Part shown: positions 27,696 through 32,000 of the stretch, piece after piece
Numbering within the stretch: the stretch's first letter is position 1
How the letters are laid out: each line of letters starts with the position of its first letter
From: Pseudomonas aeruginosa
GTDB taxonomy: Bacteria > Pseudomonadota > Gammaproteobacteria > Pseudomonadales > Pseudomonadaceae
DNA length: 32,000 bases
Direction of reading: 5' to 3'
NCBI RefSeq assembly: GCF_001457615.1
Contig: NZ_LN831024.1
Location: 2,430,001 to 2,462,000 of the forward strand
Program-made: the position numbers and the translations under genes
Notes under the pieces: model-generated
Told to the model about the DNA's origin: nothing
Databases searched by the model: none
The model's input: only the letters and a program-made list of their open reading frames with translations

Positions 27696-29765
27696 ATGCT
27701 GTTCTCCCAACACACCCGCCTGGTACACGTGGACTCCCCGCTGGGACCCGAGGTCCTGCAACTGCAACGGCTGGAGGGTCGCGAAGAGCTGGGCCGGCTG
27801 TTCAGCCACGAGCTCGAACTGGTCTCGAGCAATCCCGCCTTGCCTCTGGATGCCCTATTGGGCAAGCCGATGAGCCTCGCGCTGGAACTCCCCGGCGGCA
27901 GCCGGCGGTATTTCCACGGCATCGTCGCGCGCTGTAGCCAGGGCGCCGGCGCCGGCCAGTTCGCCAGCTACCAGGTCACCCTGCGGCCCTGGCTGTGGCT
28001 GCTGACGCGCACCTCCGACTGCCGCATCTTCCAGAACCAGAAGGTCCCGGACATCATCAAGCAGGTGTTCCGCGACCTTGGCTTCTCCGACTTCGAGGAC
28101 GCCCTGAGCCGCTCCTACCGCGAGTGGGAATACTGTGTGCAATACCGCGAGACCAGCTTCGATTTCGTCAGCCGGCTGATGGAGCAGGAAGGCATCTACT
28201 ACTGGTTCCGCCACGAAAAGAAGCGCCACATCCTGGTGCTCTCCGATGCCTACGGCGCGCACCACAGCCCGGCCGGCTACACCAGCGTGCCCTATTACCC
28301 GCCGAGCCTCGGCCATCGCGAGCGCGACCACTTCTTCGACTGGCACATGGCGCGCGAGGTCCAGCCCGGCTCGCTGAGCCTCAACGACTACGACTTCCAG
28401 CGTCCCGGCACCCGCCTGGAAGTGCGCTCCAATGTCGGGCGCGCCCATGCCGCGGCCGACTACCCGCTCTACGACTACCCTGGCGAGTATGTGCAGAGTC
28501 AGGACGGCGAACACTATGCACGGACCCGCATCGAGGCGATCCAGACCCAGTACGAGCGAGTTCGCCTGCGGGGATGCGCCAGGGGTATCGGGGCGGGCCA
28601 TCTGTTCCACCTGAGCAACTACCCGCGCCTGGACCAGAACCGCGAATACCTGGTGGTTGGCGCCGAGTACCGGGTAGTCCAGGAACTCTACGAGACCGGT
28701 AATGGCGGGGGCGGCGCGCAGTTCGAGAGCGAGCTGGACTGTATCGACGCCGGCCAGGCTTTCCGCCCCTTGCCGTCGACCCCGGTGCCGGTGGTGCGCG
28801 GCCCGCAGACCGCGGTGGTGGTCGGGCCCAAGGGCGAGGAGATCTGGACCGACCAGTATGGCCGGGTCAAGGTGCATTTCCACTGGGACCGCCACGACCA
28901 GTCCAACGAGAACAGCTCCTGCTGGATGCGCGTCTCGCAGGCCTGGGCCGGGAAGAACTGGGGCTCGATCCAGATCCCGCGGATCGGCCAGGAAGTGATC
29001 GTCAGCTTCCTCGAAGGCGACCCGGACCGGCCGATCATCACCGGGCGGGTCTACAACGCCGAGCAGACGGTGCCCTACGAGCTGCCGGCGAACGCTACCC
29101 AGAGCGGCACCAAGAGCCGTTCGAGCAAGGGCGGCACGCCGGCCAACTTCAACGAGATCCGCATGGAGGACAAGAAGGGCGCCGAGCAGTTGTTCATCCA
29201 TGCCGAGAGGAACCAGGACATCGAGGTCGAGAACGACGAGACCCACTGGGTCGGCCACGACCGGACCAAGACCATCGACCACGACGAGACGGTGCATGTG
29301 AAGCACGATCGCACCGAGACCGTGGACAACAACGAGACCATCACCGTGCATGCCAACCGCAGCAAGACGGTCGACCGCAACGAGACGGTCAGGATCGGCA
29401 TGAACAAGACGGAAACCATCCTCATGGCCTCGTTGCAGAACGTCGGCATGGGGCGCATGGAAAACGTCGGGCTCGGCTACAGCCTGAACGTCGGCATGAT
29501 GATGAACACCGTGGTCGGGCTGAACCAGAGCACCCAGGTGATGAAGAAGAAGACCTTGTCGGTGGGCGATAGCTACGAAGTGAGCGTGGGCGGCAGCGAC
29601 GATGGCTCGAAGATCACCCTGGACGGCCAGAGCATCACCCTCGGCAGCCAGCGCATCGAGCTGACCGCCGACCGCGAGATCCTCTTGCGCTGCGGCCAGA
29701 GCACGATCCGCCTGACGCCGGGGGAGATCGAGATCCTCTCGCCCAATGTCGATATCAACTGTTGA
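27696..29765 (+). CDS. vgrG4: T6SS spike protein VgrG (VgrG4/VgrG4b)
   Basis: 689 aa from MLFSQHTRLVHVDSPLGPEVLQLQRLEGREELGRLFSHELELVS...; gp27/gp5-like; GPKGEEIWTDQYGRVKVHFHWDRHDQSNENSSCWMRVSQAWAGKNWGSIQIPRIGQEVIVSFLEGDPDRPIITGRVYNAEQTVPYELP; C-terminal beta-helix repeats. Preceded by SD aagga. Confidence 0.94.
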   Translation: MLFSQHTRLVHVDSPLGPEVLQLQRLEGREELGRLFSHELELVSSNPALPLDALLGKPMSLALELPGGSRRYFHGIVARCSQGAGAGQFASYQVTLRPWLWLLTRTSDCRIFQNQKVPDIIKQVFRDLGFSDFEDALSRSYREWEYCVQYRETSFDFVSRLMEQEGIYYWFRHEKKRHILVLSDAYGAHHSPAGYTSVPYYPPSLGHRERDHFFDWHMAREVQPGSLSLNDYDFQRPGTRLEVRSNVGRAHAAADYPLYDYPGEYVQSQDGEHYARTRIEAIQTQYERVRLRGCARGIGAGHLFHLSNYPRLDQNREYLVVGAEYRVVQELYETGNGGGGAQFESELDCIDAGQAFRPLPSTPVPVVRGPQTAVVVGPKGEEIWTDQYGRVKVHFHWDRHDQSNENSSCWMRVSQAWAGKNWGSIQIPRIGQEVIVSFLEGDPDRPIITGRVYNAEQTVPYELPANATQSGTKSRSSKGGTPANFNEIRMEDKKGAEQLFIHAERNQDIEVENDETHWVGHDRTKTIDHDETVHVKHDRTETVDNNETITVHANRSKTVDRNETVRIGMNKTETILMASLQNVGMGRMENVGLGYSLNVGMMMNTVVGLNQSTQVMKKKTLSVGDSYEVSVGGSDDGSKITLDGQSITLGSQRIELTADREILLRCGQSTIRLTPGEIEILSPNVDINC

Positions 29766-29814
29766 GCGGCGGGCGGATGTCCTGTCGCGGCTTTTCCCAA
29801 GGAAGGATGGATAG

Positions 29815-32000
29815 ATGAGCGGCCTACCGGTTTCCCATGTCGGCGAGAAAGTCTCGGGAGGGGTTATCTCCACCGGCTCGCCCACCGTGCACGTCGGCAG
29901 CAGCGCGGTCGGCCTGGCCGACCGGGTGTCCGCCTGCGTGCCGTTGGTGGGCAAGCCGGTCAACCCGATGCTCGGCAGCAAGCTGCTGCCGGAAGAGGTC
30001 GATTTCGCCCTGGCGGCGCCGGACACCTTCACCTTCGCCCGTGGCTACCTGTCGAGCAACCCCCGTATCGGCCGGCTCGGCCGGGGCTGGTGGCTGCCGG
30101 GCGAGAGCATGCACCTGGAACTGAGCGAAGACGCCTGCGTGCTGGTCGACGCCCAGGGCCGCCGGATCGGCTTTCCTGCGCTGGCTCCCGGTGCCCAGCA
30201 TTATTCCGGCAGCGAGGAGCTGTGGCTGCGCCGTGGCGGTTCGAGCGGCGGCGAAGCGCAGGCCTGGCGCGGGCGCTGGGCGGCGGTGCCGGCCGAACTG
30301 CAGACGCAGGAGGGCTCCGTGCTGGTGCTGTCCGGCCACAGCTACCTGCATTTCCAGCGTTGCCCCGACGGTATCTGGCGCCTGCAGGCCAGCTTCGGCC
30401 GCGCCGGCTACCGCACCGAGTTCCGCTGGAGCGGACGTGGCCTGCTCACCGGCGTGCGCGACAGCGCCGGGCGCAGCTATGCGCTGGTCTACCAGCAAGC
30501 CTGCGAGCCGAGCGAGGGCGACGACGGCCTGCGTCTGTTCGGCGTGATCCTGGCCAGCCACGACGGACCGCCTCCGGACTACATCGATCCGCAGAGCCCG
30601 GGGCTCGACTGGCTGGTGCGCTACCAGTTCAGCGACAGCGGCGATCTGATCGCCGTGCGCGACCGTCTTGGCCAGGTGGTCCGGGTATTCGCCTGGCGCG
30701 AGCACATGCTGGTCGCCCACGGCGAACCGGGCGGGCTGGAGGTTCGCTACGAGTGGGATGTCCATGCTCCGCACGGGCGGGTCGTGAAGCAGATCGAGGC
30801 GGGCGGCCTGACCCGTACCTTCCGCTACCTGCGCGATGCCACCGAGGTCAGCGACAGCCTCGGCCGCGTCGAACGCTACGAGTTCGCCGGCGAGGGCGGG
30901 CAGCGGCGCTGGACCGCGCTGGTCAGGGCCGACGGCAGCCGTAGCGAGTTCGACTACGACCTGTTCGGCCGCCTGGTCGCCATGCGCGATCCGCTGGGAC
31001 GGGAGACGCGGCGCCGGCGCGATGGCCAGGGGCGGATGCTCGAGGAGGAGTCGCCGGGCAAGGCGCGCTATCGCAAGCGCGTCGACGAAGAGACCGGGCT
31101 GCTGGTCGAGCTGGAGGACGCGATGCAGCGCCGCTGGACCTTCGAGCGCGACGAACGGGGCAATGCGACGACGGTGCGCGGCCCGGCCGGCAGCACCCGC
31201 TACGCCTACGAAGACCCGCGCCTGCCCGACCGGCCGACGCGAATCGTCGACCCGCGCGGCGGCGAGCGGCGCCTGGAGTGGAACCGCTTCGGCCTGTTGG
31301 CCGCGTTGACCGATTGTTCCGGCCAGGTCTGGCGTTACGACTACGACAACGAAGGACGTTTGGTCGCCAGCAGCGACCCGCTGGGACAACTGACCCGGCG
31401 CCGCTACGACCCGCTGGGGCAACTGATCGGCCTGGAATTGGCCGACGGCAGCGCCCTGAGCTATGAATACGACGCCCTTGGGCGGCAGACCCGTATCGCC
31501 GATGCCGAGGGGCACGCCACGCTGTTTTCCTGGGGGCACGGCGATCTGCTGGTGCGGGTTTCCGACGCCGGCGGCGGCGAATTGTCCTACCTGCACGACG
31601 AAGCCGGCAGGCTGGTCGCCCTGACCAACGAGAACGGCGTCCAGGCGCAGTTCCGCTACGACCTGCTGGACCGTCTGGTGGAAGAGACCGGCTTCGACGG
31701 TCGTCGCCAACGCTATCGCTACAACGCCGCTGACGAACTGATCGCCCGCGAGGATGCCGACGGTCGCGAGACCACCTATGCCTACGACCGCGACGGCCGC
31801 CTGGCGAGCATCCGGGTTCCCGCCACCGAGCACGCACCGGCCCTGGTCGAGCGTTACCGCTGGTTGGCCGACGGCCGCCTGGCCAGCGCCGGCGGGGCGG
31901 ATTGCGAGGTGCGCTATACGTACGACGAGGTCGGTAACCTGCGCCTGGAAAGCCAGGTACATGCCGACGGTTGGGTCTACAGCGTCGAGCACAGCCACGA
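29815..32000 (+). CDS. tse5: Rhs/YD-repeat T6SS effector Tse5 (RhsP1), N-terminal part; 3' end outside window
   Basis: ATG at 29815 after SD ggaagg; MSGLPVSHVGEKVSGGVISTGSPTVHVGSSAVGLADRVSACVPLVGKPVNPMLGSKLLPEEVDFALAAPDTFTFARGYLSSNPRIGRLGRGWWLPGES (PAAR-like start then Rhs N-region), followed by many YD repeats (e.g. SEFDYDLFGRLVAMRDPLGRETR, WRYDYDNEGRLVASSDPLGQLTRRRYDPLGQLIGLELADGSALSYEYDALGRQTRI). No stop before 32000. Confidence 0.92.
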   Translation, partial: MSGLPVSHVGEKVSGGVISTGSPTVHVGSSAVGLADRVSACVPLVGKPVNPMLGSKLLPEEVDFALAAPDTFTFARGYLSSNPRIGRLGRGWWLPGESMHLELSEDACVLVDAQGRRIGFPALAPGAQHYSGSEELWLRRGGSSGGEAQAWRGRWAAVPAELQTQEGSVLVLSGHSYLHFQRCPDGIWRLQASFGRAGYRTEFRWSGRGLLTGVRDSAGRSYALVYQQACEPSEGDDGLRLFGVILASHDGPPPDYIDPQSPGLDWLVRYQFSDSGDLIAVRDRLGQVVRVFAWREHMLVAHGEPGGLEVRYEWDVHAPHGRVVKQIEAGGLTRTFRYLRDATEVSDSLGRVERYEFAGEGGQRRWTALVRADGSRSEFDYDLFGRLVAMRDPLGRETRRRRDGQGRMLEEESPGKARYRKRVDEETGLLVELEDAMQRRWTFERDERGNATTVRGPAGSTRYAYEDPRLPDRPTRIVDPRGGERRLEWNRFGLLAALTDCSGQVWRYDYDNEGRLVASSDPLGQLTRRRYDPLGQLIGLELADGSALSYEYDALGRQTRIADAEGHATLFSWGHGDLLVRVSDAGGGELSYLHDEAGRLVALTNENGVQAQFRYDLLDRLVEETGFDGRRQRYRYNAADELIAREDADGRETTYAYDRDGRLASIRVPATEHAPALVERYRWLADGRLASAGGADCEVRYTYDEVGNLRLESQVHADGWVYSVEHSH

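Noticed and set aside
27855-30032. 725-aa reverse ORF opposite vgrG4
   Set aside because: Antisense shadow ORF of the VgrG coding sequence; no domain pattern.
29824-31998. 724-aa reverse ORF opposite tse5
   Set aside because: Shadow ORF mirroring the Rhs/YD repeats on the plus strand; repetitive look comes from the sense strand.

Overview
This looks like a 32 kb Pseudomonas aeruginosa chromosomal segment, matching what I recall as the PAO1 PA2712-PA2684 neighbourhood (from protein motifs, gene order and memory of the locus; no search was run). It is mostly ordinary metabolic, transport and regulatory genes. These include an EamA permease fragment, a PotF-type polyamine-binding protein, a LysE exporter, cysK, a DUF748-like protein, a MoxR ATPase / GFA / VWA cluster, two AraC regulators, an MFS exporter, the OprD-family porin OpdB, a YtcJ-like amidohydrolase, an isochorismatase-like hydrolase with a XapX protein, a DUF1615-like lipoprotein, a thioredoxin, a thioesterase, an Rrf2 regulator and a type II NADH dehydrogenase. 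Three accessory or specialised modules stand out: (1) the tse2-tsi2 type VI toxin-immunity pair, (2) the pfeR-pfeS-pfeA-pfeE ferric-enterobactin locus, and (3) a vgrG4-tse5 (Rhs/YD-repeat) T6SS effector module cut by the window end. These are known systems. I found no convincing entirely new system. The less-explained items are a stop-interrupted 'YRNxQxVRRF...FRFDRAFMAW' family gene beside tsi2, a perfect 12-bp inverted repeat in the rrf2/ndh divergent intergenic region, a MoxR-GFA-VWA cluster, an amidohydrolase with a Tat-like N-terminus and a Cys/His-rich tail, and several intergenic stem-loops.
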